A stretch of 34,216 nucleotides of DNA from Verrucomicrobiota bacterium. Its GTDB lineage: Bacteria > Verrucomicrobiota > Verrucomicrobiia > Chthoniobacterales > UBA10450. Every line of letters begins with the position of its first letter. Position 1 is the first letter of the stretch. A program made the position numbers and the translations under genes. A model generated the notes under the pieces. It did not search any database. It saw nothing but the letters and a program-made list of their open reading frames with translations, and had not been told where the DNA came from. Location of the stretch: positions 1 to 34,216 of the forward strand of contig QHOM01000031.1 of the NCBI GenBank assembly GCA_003218785.1. Direction: 5' to 3'. Below are positions 6,872 to 16,120 of the stretch, in pieces.

Positions 6872-9805
6872 TTAACCCGGCGGGTGAAATCCGAAATCGG
6901 TTTCCAATTTCTCCCAGAGCCAATCAACGAACCAATCTTTCTTGATTGAGTCGGCATTAGCGGCAGCGAGCGCTTCCGCTTTCTTCACACTGCCGTTTAA
7001 GCAGTAGAGGTAGGTAAGCAAGAACGTGTCGTTGAGACTAAACACGCCGCGATCTTTCTCGCTCTCCAACAGCCGAATCGCTCCCCCGATATCCCGCTGC
7101 GCCAATGCTCCGGCAATTAAGTCTCGCATGGTTTCGAGCGGAGGCGTTTGCGATTTCTTCGCCACTCGCTCGGCGATGGCGAGCCGAAATCCATCACTCC
7201 CCAGCACCTCCAGGACCGGCAGTCGCAAGCCGGAATGGCGCAGATAAAGATCCAGTTCGGCCAGCTTATTGCTTCCAATCGTCTCGGAGAGATATCGCGA
7301 CTCGCGGACGACAAAGAATGATTCCATCGACGCATTCAATGCCTCTGGCCAGACTGCGGCCACTAACGAAGAGTCAAGAAAACGTTGAAGCGCCGGAAGC
7401 GACTCCATGTACGTCGTAGCAAAGCGGTGACTCGCTTCCTCGTCCCAGGGCTCATCGGTTAGCCGCTTTGGATAAATATCTGAAAGCGGCGCAACGCCAT
7501 GTGTGATCCGATCAATCTCCTCGCCGCCCATCAAAAACAGCGCGCCCAATTCTTGGGGAACCTCGATGCCGATCCGCCTCAAATCTGCGCCGGTGGCCGG
7601 TTCGCTCCACAACCGCCGAATTTCCTTTTCACTGATGCTGCGTCCCGGTCCTTTGATACCCATCATGATCCAGTCCTGATTGGAACTGGCCCAGACGGAC
7701 GCGTTCGGGAATGCATTATGAAATGCACGAAGAATTGCTTTTGCTTCATCCACCTTCAGCTGATTAATCGGCAGCCAAAAGGTGGCGATTCCGCCTTCCT
7801 TCAGCCGACTGTTCATGAGTGAGAAAAATTCTTCCGTATAGAGATTAACCGAGCCCGCTGTTTTGGGCGGTGGCGGCTCTCCCGAAATGACATCGTACTG
7901 TCGCGGAGTGGCCTGGAGAAAGAAACGGCCATCTTGCACAACTGGGTGCAGGCGCGGATCCCGCAGCGGATTGGAGTAATTGGTGCTCGAATAGAAATCA
8001 GCCAGTGCGAACACCTCCTTGGAAATGTCCACCACATCGATCCGTTTAACATGCGACCCATGAAGAAACGCATCCGCTGTGACGCCGCAGCCGTAACAAA
8101 TAAGCAACACGTCTTCTGATTCGGGACGAAAAGCCAACGGAAGATAAGCAAACAATCTCATGTAGCGCTGGCCGTACGGATTTGTGGCCGACATGGAAAA
8201 TGCGTTGGTCGCCAACCGGTAGTAATAGGGTTCGCCGAAAAGATCGCGTCGCACGAGCTGCCATGTGTCAGCGGTCCCTTCAATCTTTTTCACAACGTGC
8301 GCCAGTACATCCCCCTGGTCGTCCACCTCGAAAGGATGGCTCGCATGCGCGAAATGCGCTTCAGCGCGCCGATACGGAAAAATTACCAGAATGAGAATCA
8401 CTGCGGTCCAAAGCCCAGCGACGACTAAACCGATTCTCGAAAGCGTTCGGGCTAATACACAACCTGCGCGGTCAGTCACGAGGATGCTGAGCAAAGCGTA
8501 TCCCGCAGCGCAAAGTATGAGACTCCATTGATAGCCGATGCCCGGCAGCAGGACGAAGCTTGCGAGAAGTGGGCCGACCGCCGCTCCCGCAGTATTAAAC
8601 AACGTCGTGATTCCAGTGCTGTTCATCCGGTCGCCCACGCTGGCTTGAACATTTGTCACAATGGATGGAAACAGGATTCCCGAGAGCAAGGCGACGGGGA
8701 ACATGAGTGCGATGGACAACAGCGCAATCTGCCACCATCTGAGACCAAACAGGCCGGTGCGCGCCTGAATCAACTCGCCCGGAAAAAAGAGATACGAGAG
8801 AAGAGCCGAAATCGCGGCCACCAGCAAAAGGACGGGAAGTAAGTGATTCAGTCGCGCCGAGCGGCGCTGGTATATGGCGCTAGCCGCAATGCTCCCAAGC
8901 CCGATACCCGCCAGCACCACCGCTAGCATAATCGCGAAAGCAGTCGGCGACGATGCAACGTACAAGCGCAAAAACCGGAACCAAATCACCTCCAGGCAAA
9001 GGAAAATACAACCGGTTCCAAAGCTCACGAACAGCAGACGCCAAGGCGGCCGATAGCTTACTTCCAAGCGCAGCGGAAATGTTCGCTCCTCTGGAATAAG
9101 CGCACCTCTGTCGCCGCCAATTCCTGCGGTCAGCAACGCGATCCCCGCAGCGAGGCAAACGGCCAAACCCGCAGCCAAACTCGTTCCGCGAAGTCCAAAC
9201 GCTCCAATGAGATAACCTTCGCCGAGCACAGCGCCGGCTACTGCGCCTAACGTGTTCGAGCCATAAAGAAAACCGATCGTGTGCCCAAAATTCGTTCGTC
9301 GCAAAACTGGGTCTTCGATCAACACCGGCAGCGTCAAGCCCATGGCTGTTGTCGGCACAAGGAGGATAAGGAAAGACAAAATAAACCGCAGTCCGAGGAG
9401 AGTTGGCTGATAATTCCAGAGCATTTGCCAAACGGGCCGCATCAACCCGCCCAGCAGCGGAAGACCAAAAACAATCGTGCAACCAAAGAATGCGACGAGC
9501 ACTTCGAGCAAAGCGTAGAAATGTAGCGGCCGCCACCGCCGAACTCTCGATGATGCGGCGATCGCGTTTCCCAGCGCCAGACCCGCCATGAAACTGGAAA
9601 GAATCAACGCCGCTGCCCAGATCGAATTGCCAAATGCCAGACCGCTCAGGCGCAACCACAGCGTTTCGAAAATGAGCGCGCCGATTCCCGACAAGAAGAG
9701 AATGCCGGAAAGAATCACAATGCGCACCCTTGCATCTAGATTTGACGGTGGGTGAAGAGGAACGCCTAACGTGTGCACACACTTATTGTCAGCGCTATTC
9801 GGCAT
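6872..9805 (-). CDS. fused polytopic-membrane (MFS-like) / spermidine-synthase-like / C-terminal helical-repeat protein
   Basis: 977-aa ORF. Residues ~25-480 form many TM helices (ILFLSGIGALIFETLWLRL, SFMAGLALGNAIAA and others). Residues ~560-700 form a SpeE-like Rossmann domain (VLLICYGCGVTADAF, RIDVVDISKEV, DPRLHPVVQDGRFFL, YDVISGEPPPP, LYTEEFF). Residues ~760-977 are helical. Confidence 0.85.
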   Translation of the reverse strand: MPNSADNKCVHTLGVPLHPPSNLDARVRIVILSGILFLSGIGALIFETLWLRLSGLAFGNSIWAAALILSSFMAGLALGNAIAASSRVRRWRPLHFYALLEVLVAFFGCTIVFGLPLLGGLMRPVWQMLWNYQPTLLGLRFILSFLILLVPTTAMGLTLPVLIEDPVLRRTNFGHTIGFLYGSNTLGAVAGAVLGEGYLIGAFGLRGTSLAAGLAVCLAAGIALLTAGIGGDRGALIPEERTFPLRLEVSYRPPWRLLFVSFGTGCIFLCLEVIWFRFLRLYVASSPTAFAIMLAVVLAGIGLGSIAASAIYQRRSARLNHLLPVLLLVAAISALLSYLFFPGELIQARTGLFGLRWWQIALLSIALMFPVALLSGILFPSIVTNVQASVGDRMNSTGITTLFNTAGAAVGPLLASFVLLPGIGYQWSLILCAAGYALLSILVTDRAGCVLARTLSRIGLVVAGLWTAVILILVIFPYRRAEAHFAHASHPFEVDDQGDVLAHVVKKIEGTADTWQLVRRDLFGEPYYYRLATNAFSMSATNPYGQRYMRLFAYLPLAFRPESEDVLLICYGCGVTADAFLHGSHVKRIDVVDISKEVFALADFYSSTNYSNPLRDPRLHPVVQDGRFFLQATPRQYDVISGEPPPPKTAGSVNLYTEEFFSLMNSRLKEGGIATFWLPINQLKVDEAKAILRAFHNAFPNASVWASSNQDWIMMGIKGPGRSISEKEIRRLWSEPATGADLRRIGIEVPQELGALFLMGGEEIDRITHGVAPLSDIYPKRLTDEPWDEEASHRFATTYMESLPALQRFLDSSLVAAVWPEALNASMESFFVVRESRYLSETIGSNKLAELDLYLRHSGLRLPVLEVLGSDGFRLAIAERVAKKSQTPPLETMRDLIAGALAQRDIGGAIRLLESEKDRGVFSLNDTFLLTYLYCLNGSVKKAEALAAANADSIKKDWFVDWLWEKLETDFGFHPPG

Positions 9806-10043
9806 GTTTGCGATTTCCCAATTCTCTCAAAGATTTTTCTTCAGCGATGCCGCCGGCCACTGCGCGCGACGTAATTCGAGAAAATCCAAGCGCGTGCAAA
9901 CCTGAGGGCGCCCGATTCGAACATTTTGGTTAGTTTCTATTGCATGAAATTTGTTTTTGTCGCATTTCTGCCCCCACGTGAGATTCGTGATAAGCGATTT
10001 CATTCTGACGACAGCACCGCAGATCGAACCGAGTCGATTAATC

Positions 10044-11285
10044 ATGCTGCCTTTCGGGCTGCTTTTGCTTTGCATCGCATTTCTCCCGCTCGTCTTGAAA
10101 CATCATTGGGAACGCTACTATCATCTCATTGCCCTTTTTCTCGCGGCCATCACGACCGCCTATTATCTCTTTGGAATCCGGCAGTCGGAACGAATCCTGC
10201 ATGAAGGCAGCGATTATATCCGTTTCATGGTGTTGGTCGGCTCGCTCTTCGTCGTCTCTGGCGGGATTCACATGCAAATCCGCGGACAAGCCACGCCTTT
10301 GTTCAATTGCACATTTCTGTTTCTCGGAACAGTCGCGGGAAGCTTTCTTGGCACAACGGGCGCGTCCATGCTCTTCATTCGCCCATGGCTTCAAGCGAAC
10401 AAATATCGTTACACCGGTTTGCACACCGCGTTCTTCATCTTTCTCGTGAGCAACGTGGGCGGTGGATTAATTCCGATGGGCCCGCCGCTCTTCCTTGGCT
10501 ATCTCAAAGGCGTGCCTTTCTGGTGGACGATTCAGCATTGCTGGCTGTCCTGGTCTGTCGCGCTGCTTTGTCTCCTTCTGACATTTTATTATGTTGATCG
10601 ACATAATTTTCGCCGCGCATCCGCAGCAGCTCGACAGCTGGAAACCGGTGTTCGCATGATCAATATGAAGGGGCTGCGCAACATTTTTTTTCTCGCGATC
10701 ATTGTCGGCGCGGTTTTCATCCAGCATCCGCCATTTTTGCGCGAAGCAATCATGTTGGCTGCCACCGTAGGATCTTATTTCACGACACCGAAAAGCGTAC
10801 ATTGGGCAAATGAGTTTTCATTTGCTCCGGTAAAAGAGGTCGGCTGGCTCTTCCTCGGAATCTTTCTCACGATAGTCCCGGTGCTCGATTATATGCAGTT
10901 GCACGCGCGCGATCTTGCAATTGACACGCCCGCGAAATTTTACTGGGTCACCGGCGGTCTATCCGCAGTCCTCGATAATGCGCCAACCTACATAATGTTC
11001 TTTGCCGGCGCTCTTGGCCACGCCGGTCTTGGCATCGAGAGCCCGACCGCGGTGCGCGAATTTCTTTCCAATGGCACGGCCGAAATGGTCGCTGTCTCCA
11101 TGGGTGCGGTTTTGTTCGGAGCCGTCACTTACATCGGCAACAGTCCCAATTTCATGATCAATTCAATCGCACAACAACACAAAATGCATACACCAAGTTT
11201 TGTTGGCTTCGTCGTAAGGTTCTCCCTTCCGATCCTGTTACCGGTGCTTTTCCTGGTTTCCTGGGTTACGATGCGCGGCGGCTAA
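10044..11285 (+). CDS. NhaD/ArsB-superfamily ion transporter (sodium:proton antiporter-like)
   Basis: Polytopic membrane protein with MGPPLFLGYLKGVPFWWT and LDNAPTY motifs typical of this permease family. The ORF is open from 9951, but MLPFGLLLLCIAFLPLV at 10044 begins the first TM helix. Confidence 0.8.
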   Translation: MLPFGLLLLCIAFLPLVLKHHWERYYHLIALFLAAITTAYYLFGIRQSERILHEGSDYIRFMVLVGSLFVVSGGIHMQIRGQATPLFNCTFLFLGTVAGSFLGTTGASMLFIRPWLQANKYRYTGLHTAFFIFLVSNVGGGLIPMGPPLFLGYLKGVPFWWTIQHCWLSWSVALLCLLLTFYYVDRHNFRRASAAARQLETGVRMINMKGLRNIFFLAIIVGAVFIQHPPFLREAIMLAATVGSYFTTPKSVHWANEFSFAPVKEVGWLFLGIFLTIVPVLDYMQLHARDLAIDTPAKFYWVTGGLSAVLDNAPTYIMFFAGALGHAGLGIESPTAVREFLSNGTAEMVAVSMGAVLFGAVTYIGNSPNFMINSIAQQHKMHTPSFVGFVVRFSLPILLPVLFLVSWVTMRGG

Positions 11286-11295
11286 AAGTTGATCT

Positions 11296-11898
11296 ATGTT
11301 TACCGGCCTGATTGAAGAAGTCGGCAGTGTGGTTGCGGTTCGCGTCAGCGATCGCGGCGCCCAATTGCAAATTGCTGCGCCGCACATCGCGAAAAAAATA
11401 CGGAACGGTAACAGTGTAGCTGTGAATGGCTGTTGCCTCACAATAAGCTCGCACCGCGGCAATCACCTCACTTTCGATCTCCTCGAGGAGACAGTTGCCT
11501 GCACGAACCTAAGAGTGTTGCGGCCTGAGGCTCCGGTAAATCTTGAGTGCGCTCTCTCCGTAAACGCGTGCATTGGCGGGCATTTTGTCCAAGGACACGT
11601 CGACTGCACTTCACTCATTTTGGCTTTTGAAAAAAGCGGACGCGACCATCGCCTCGAAGTCGAGCTAACCGCTGAGTTCGCGCATTACGTTGTCAGTAAA
11701 GGTTCAATCGCAGTCAACGGGATCAGCCTTACAATCGCGGAAGTCCTTCCGAAAAGCTTCGTCGTGTGGATCATCCCCCACACGAAACGCCGCACTAATC
11801 TCGATTGTGCCCAGATCGGGGATTTATTGAACCTCGAGTTCGACATCCTTGCCAAATACGTCGAGAGAATGCTTTTACGCTACGCGCCGCGGCGATAG
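11296..11898 (+). CDS. ribE: riboflavin synthase alpha subunit
   Basis: 200 aa with the MFTGLIEEVG N-terminus. Two lumazine-binding repeats are present (SVAVNGCCLT and SIAVNGISLT). Confidence 0.95.
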   Translation: MFTGLIEEVGSVVAVRVSDRGAQLQIAAPHIAKKIRNGNSVAVNGCCLTISSHRGNHLTFDLLEETVACTNLRVLRPEAPVNLECALSVNACIGGHFVQGHVDCTSLILAFEKSGRDHRLEVELTAEFAHYVVSKGSIAVNGISLTIAEVLPKSFVVWIIPHTKRRTNLDCAQIGDLLNLEFDILAKYVERMLLRYAPRR

Positions 11899-11933
11899 CC
11901 GAGATCGGCAAACATCACGCCGCTTTTACATAT

Positions 11934-12620
11934 ATGACCGGAGGCAGCTCGGCCAACGACCGCCCGCGTCCTCGCCTCGTGGGCGTCATCATGTCGAGCG
12001 CGAGCCTGGATTTTGCCATCCGAATGCGCAAACCACCGGATTTGTTTGAACTGCGACTAGATCATCTCGTGCCCATGGTCGATAAGCTGGAAAACAAGTT
12101 GTCGAGATTGCGCGCACCACTCATTATTACTGCGCGACATCCGCAGGAGGGCGGTACAAATAAGTTGTCCACGCGGCAGCGGCGCGATCTGCTTTTTCGA
12201 TTTTTACGCCGAGCCCATTATGTCGACGTTGAATTGCGCTCGGCGTCTGCTCTAAATCCCCTCCTCAAGTTGGCGCGGAGAAGAAAGATACGGCGCATGA
12301 TTTCATTTCATGACCTCAAATCGACGCCGGATTCGCGTCGCCTGCGCGTGAAGGCGCGCGCGGCGAAAGCGCATGGCGCAGATATTTTCAAAGTTGCGAC
12401 GCGCACCGACACACCGGCGCAGCTCGCGCGACTGCTCGCCTTCGTCACAAAGAAAGATGTCGATCTCGCCGTAAGCGCGATGGGGATTGGCAAACTTGGC
12501 GCAATTTCGCGTGTTCTGCTCTCGCGCGCCGGATCGATCCTCGTCTACGCTTCACTTCGTGACAGCGACATCGAAGGCCAAATGTCGCTCGAACAACTTC
12601 GCGCCTTCGGAATTCGATGA
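11934..12620 (+). CDS. aroD: type I 3-dehydroquinate dehydratase
   Basis: LRLD, ITARHPQEGG, ISFHD (His) and ADIFKVAT (Schiff-base Lys) motifs. The track ORF starts at 11805 inside ribE. ATG 11934 is the first start after the ribE stop. Confidence 0.88.
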   Translation: MTGGSSANDRPRPRLVGVIMSSASLDFAIRMRKPPDLFELRLDHLVPMVDKLENKLSRLRAPLIITARHPQEGGTNKLSTRQRRDLLFRFLRRAHYVDVELRSASALNPLLKLARRRKIRRMISFHDLKSTPDSRRLRVKARAAKAHGADIFKVATRTDTPAQLARLLAFVTKKDVDLAVSAMGIGKLGAISRVLLSRAGSILVYASLRDSDIEGQMSLEQLRAFGIR

Positions 12621-12700
12621 TAGCGAGAGTATTTTTGAGCGTGCGACCTGCTTGCCCTTTTCTCAGCGCGGATATTTTACTAAAAATAAAGGATCGCGGT

Positions 12701-13333
12701 ATGGCTGCATCCGTCATTTTGCCCAAGCGAGTACCGGTCATGCCTTTGCACGGGGCTTTGCTCTTTCCGCACGCGCTCCTTCCTCTTTACATCTTCGAGC
12801 AGCGCTATCGGCACATGCTGAAGCACGCCCTCGCTCATTACCGCATGTTTTGCGTCGCGCTGATCAAACCACACTGTGCAGAATGGCAATCGCGCGCAGA
12901 TTTTTTTCACATCGCCGGCGTCGGTCTCATTCGCGCCTGCGTCGAACGCGGCGACGGCACTTCGAATCTAATCCTGCAGGGACTGGAACGTGTACGATTC
13001 AGAGATTTCGAGCAAGAAGAGCCATTCCCGATCGCGACAATTGATTCGCTTGAATCTGACTCCGTCCCTTCGGTTGAGACCGAAGCGCTCGCCACCAAAG
13101 TCCTGGAGCTTTATTCGAACCTCAAAAACGATGGGCAACGGCAGCTTCCGCCCAAAGTAGAGCGGTATCTCTCCGATTTATGCGACCCGGAAATGCTCGC
13201 CGATCTCGTCGCCTCAACATTCGTGAGCGATCCTCTGCACCGCCAACGCATTCTTGAAGAACTTTCAATAAATCAGCGGCTGCGCCTCGTGATACAGTAT
13301 TTGCGGGAAGAAGATGGAAGCGCGGCAGCGTAG
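12701..13333 (+). CDS. LON N-terminal (substrate-binding) domain protein
   Basis: VPVMPLHGALLFPHALLPLYIFEQRYRHM and GVGLIRACVERGDGTSNLILQGLERVRF match the Lon N-domain pattern. The ATG at 12701 has AAGGA upstream. An alternative ATG at 12617 overlaps the aroD stop (ATGA). Confidence 0.8.
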   Translation: MAASVILPKRVPVMPLHGALLFPHALLPLYIFEQRYRHMLKHALAHYRMFCVALIKPHCAEWQSRADFFHIAGVGLIRACVERGDGTSNLILQGLERVRFRDFEQEEPFPIATIDSLESDSVPSVETEALATKVLELYSNLKNDGQRQLPPKVERYLSDLCDPEMLADLVASTFVSDPLHRQRILEELSINQRLRLVIQYLREEDGSAAA

Positions 13334-13381
13334 GTAGGCGCGATTTGCCTCAATCGTGTGGGCGGTTCGCGTGAACTGCCC

Positions 13382-14671
13382 CTAGCCAGACATGATCCGC
13401 GCGTACTCTTCCATCAAATATCGATCCGTCATTCCGGCGACGTAATCGCACACGGTGCGATAGAGCCCTTCTGCCTCAATTCGTTTTGTTGCTGTGTCGC
13501 CGAGCCGATCAGGATCGAGAAGGTATGTTTCGAAGACTTTTCTCAGCATCTCGCACGCACGCCGGTTCACGCCGGCAACCCGTGGATGGTAGTAAACATT
13601 CTGATATAGAAATTTCCGCAGCGCGTGATTCGCTCGCAATAGATCATCACTGTAGCAAATGAGCGGTGCCGGCTGTCCGCGGACTGCATCCGCACTTTGC
13701 ACGCCAGCATGAGCAATCGATTGCGCGCTTGTTGTTATCACATCGCGCACTTGCACATCGATAATGTCCCGAATGATCAACCGGTGCAGCTCAGGTTCGC
13801 GCGCGTCAGGATAGCGTGCGAGCACGGCGCGATGGCTTCGGCGCCAGACTTCGTTTTCTTCCAATCGTTCCGCGCTCAAAATTTCGAAATCGACCGCATC
13901 ATCCAGATCATGACTGTAATACGTGATCTCATCCGCGAGATCCGCGATCTGCGCCTCCAACGATGGACAAAGGTATTTCTGCAGCGCGGCGCAGGTTTCC
14001 AACTTCGCGGTCTTGTTTCGCAAGTTAGAACCTTGCCCCACCTCCTCCGGCATTTCATAAGACGCCTGGTGTTTTCGCAGACCTTCCCGCACTTCAAATG
14101 TCAAATTGAGGCCAGGAAAACTTGGATAAGGATTTTCGAGCAACTCCACCACCCGCAAACTCTGGCGGTTGTGATCGAACCCACCGTGATCACGCATACA
14201 TTCCGCCAGCATCTCTTCTCCTGAGTGGCCAAAAGGCGAATGGCCCAGATCGTGGGCAAGCGCGATTGCTTCCGCGAGGTCTTCGTTAAGCGCCAATGCG
14301 CGCGCGATTGTGCGGCTGATCGAGGCCACCTCAATGGAATGGGTCAAGCGCGTACGCAAATGATCGCCGGTCCCGTTCAGAAAAACTTGTGTCTTGTACT
14401 CGAGCCGGCGAAAGGCGCGCGAATGAATGATCCGTGCGCGATCGCGTTGAAATTCTGTGCGGTAGGCATGGCTGCGCTCCGGGTATTTTCTGCCGCGCGA
14501 AGCGCCAGATTTCTGGGCAAACGGCGCAAGCGTGGCGCACTCGGTCGCTTCCATCTCATCGCGGGATTTGTAGCCGCCTTGCTCTCCGCCTTGCCGAAGC
14601 TCGGCATGGCGACCGGCGATGGATCCGAAGCGCGGCCCGGACGATCGCTGCCTAGTTGTCGCCATTTTCAC
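13382..14671 (-). CDS. dGTP triphosphohydrolase-like HD-domain protein
   Basis: FQRDRARIIHSRAFRRLEYKTQVF, RLTHSIEVASI and LAHDLGHSPFGHSGE (HD motif). Confidence 0.9.
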   Translation of the reverse strand: MKMATTRQRSSGPRFGSIAGRHAELRQGGEQGGYKSRDEMEATECATLAPFAQKSGASRGRKYPERSHAYRTEFQRDRARIIHSRAFRRLEYKTQVFLNGTGDHLRTRLTHSIEVASISRTIARALALNEDLAEAIALAHDLGHSPFGHSGEEMLAECMRDHGGFDHNRQSLRVVELLENPYPSFPGLNLTFEVREGLRKHQASYEMPEEVGQGSNLRNKTAKLETCAALQKYLCPSLEAQIADLADEITYYSHDLDDAVDFEILSAERLEENEVWRRSHRAVLARYPDAREPELHRLIIRDIIDVQVRDVITTSAQSIAHAGVQSADAVRGQPAPLICYSDDLLRANHALRKFLYQNVYYHPRVAGVNRRACEMLRKVFETYLLDPDRLGDTATKRIEAEGLYRTVCDYVAGMTDRYLMEEYARIMSG

Positions 14672-14678
14672 GTCGCGA

Positions 14679-14930
14679 TCATTCGTTGATTGTCGCTTTT
14701 GGCGAATTCGTTTTCAGATTCCGCCGCAGCACACGTTGCGCTCTGCGCGATTCGAGTTTCACGATCAGTAAATCGAAAATCGCGAGCAACAGGGCGGTCA
14801 CGGTCAACCATCCGCAAACGATCCATAATAGAACAAACCAGATTGGATGCTCGCGCGGATTGAGCGTTGTTTTCAAAAATGTTGTTCCGGAAAACAGGAG
14901 GGTCAGCGCGACGAGAAGCAAAATAAACAT
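14679..14930 (-). CDS. small two-TM membrane protein, function unknown
   Basis: MFILLLVALTLLFSG ... IWFVLLWIVCGWLTVTALLLAIF, followed by a basic tail. It ends 8 nt before the dGTPase-like start. The track ORF extends to 15110, but that extension is non-hydrophobic and collides with the divergent gene. Confidence 0.5.
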   Translation of the reverse strand: MFILLLVALTLLFSGTTFLKTTLNPREHPIWFVLLWIVCGWLTVTALLLAIFDLLIVKLESRRAQRVLRRNLKTNSPKATINE

Positions 14931-15103
14931 CGCGTTGCGCCGTGTCGTTTGTTCTCGAATCACGCCGCGTTGCACGAATAATGAACGACCCTGTGCGCAG
15001 CGTCTTTTTGCCAGAAGAATTGTTCGACACGATTGACTGGATTTGCGAGCACTGCCGCGCTCGCTATTCATGGATCTTACGATCCAAGCAAACCAAATCA
15101 ACC

Positions 15104-16051
15104 ATGCCAAAGAAAGCTAAGAAAAAGCAAGTCACTCCCGAGCGCCTGATGCAATTTGGGTTCGCCTACGCGCCGCCCCTGATCATTGGAGCAGCGGCTA
15201 GCAATAAAGTTTTCGATTCGCTGGAGAGCGAACCAAAAACCGTGGAGCAAATCAGCAAAGAGACAGGGGCATCGGAGCGCGGTTTGCGCGCGATTATGAA
15301 CGCGCTCGTCGGCCTCGAACTTTTAAAGAAAGATCGGCACGAGAAATATTCGCTCACGCCCGAGAGCGCCGCCTTTCTCTTAAGCAAAAAGCCCGGCACG
15401 CTCGCCGGATTTTTCCCGATGAATATCAATCGATTGATTCCGCTGTGGCTGAAATTGGACGAAATCGTTCGCACTGGTCGCCCGGCCGAGTCGCGCAATC
15501 GGGAACAACCCGGAACCGCGTTTTTCACCGAGCTGGTCGAGAACATTATTCCAATGAGTTACGGCGGCGCGCAGTTGCTGGGCAATGCGCTGAAACTTGC
15601 GAAAGTGAAAAATGAAGTGCACGTTCTCGATCTTGCCGCCGGCTCTGGAATTTGGGGAATTGTCCTCGCGCAAAAATCGCCTCACGTGCGAGTGACCGCG
15701 ATTGATTGGGCGGGCATGATTCCAACGACAAAACGCATCACTCAAAAATACGGCGTCGGCGATCGATTTAAATTTGTTGAAGGTGATTTGTTCCGTCGGT
15801 TGCTCAAGAAAACCTTCGGCGCGCTCAAATCCGGCGGCACAATCGCAATCGCCGAATGGCTCGTGAACGACGACCGCACTGAGCCGCTACCTTCGTTGAT
15901 GTTCGCCGTGCAGATGCTCGTGAACACAGAAAAAGGCGATACTTTCAGCTTCAACGAAATCAAAACGTGGCTTGGAGAAGCCGGCTTCAAAAAAGTTCGC
16001 AAACTCGAAACGCCCGGACCATCGCCGTTAGTTCTCGCGACAAAACCTTAG
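15104..16051 (+). CDS. O-methyltransferase-family class I SAM methyltransferase (possibly internally deleted)
   Basis: N-terminal wHTH/dimerisation-like region (TVEQISKETGASERGLRAIMNALVGLELL). Motif I is VLDLAAGSGIWG, post-I is VTAIDW, then FVEGDLF is followed directly by RRLLKKTFGALKSGGTIAIAEW. ATG 15104 is chosen over the 14942 extension. Confidence 0.8.
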   Translation: MPKKAKKKQVTPERLMQFGFAYAPPLIIGAAASNKVFDSLESEPKTVEQISKETGASERGLRAIMNALVGLELLKKDRHEKYSLTPESAAFLLSKKPGTLAGFFPMNINRLIPLWLKLDEIVRTGRPAESRNREQPGTAFFTELVENIIPMSYGGAQLLGNALKLAKVKNEVHVLDLAAGSGIWGIVLAQKSPHVRVTAIDWAGMIPTTKRITQKYGVGDRFKFVEGDLFRRLLKKTFGALKSGGTIAIAEWLVNDDRTEPLPSLMFAVQMLVNTEKGDTFSFNEIKTWLGEAGFKKVRKLETPGPSPLVLATKP

Positions 16052-16120
16052 GATCAAGTGTCGATCTTTAAAGACGAATCGGCTTCTCATCAGCGAATGG
16101 AAGTGCTTTCATAGCGCCGG

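Noticed and set aside
8880-9782. 300-aa same-strand alternative-frame ORF inside the 977-aa gene
   Set aside because: It has an R/A/S/C-rich off-frame composition. The overlapping frame encodes coherent TM helices and SpeE-like motifs.
11286-11295. FMN riboswitch ahead of ribE, and TPP riboswitch ahead of the DUF6580-pdh operon (20705-20789)
   Set aside because: The ribE spacer is only 10 nt. The 85-nt pdh leader lacks the CUGAGA / ACCUGA core elements of the TPP riboswitch that I can recall.
14942-15103. N-terminal extension of the methyltransferase ORF
   Set aside because: The extension overlaps the divergent small membrane gene and its promoter region. Family members start close to the TPERLMQF helix, so ATG 15104 is preferred.
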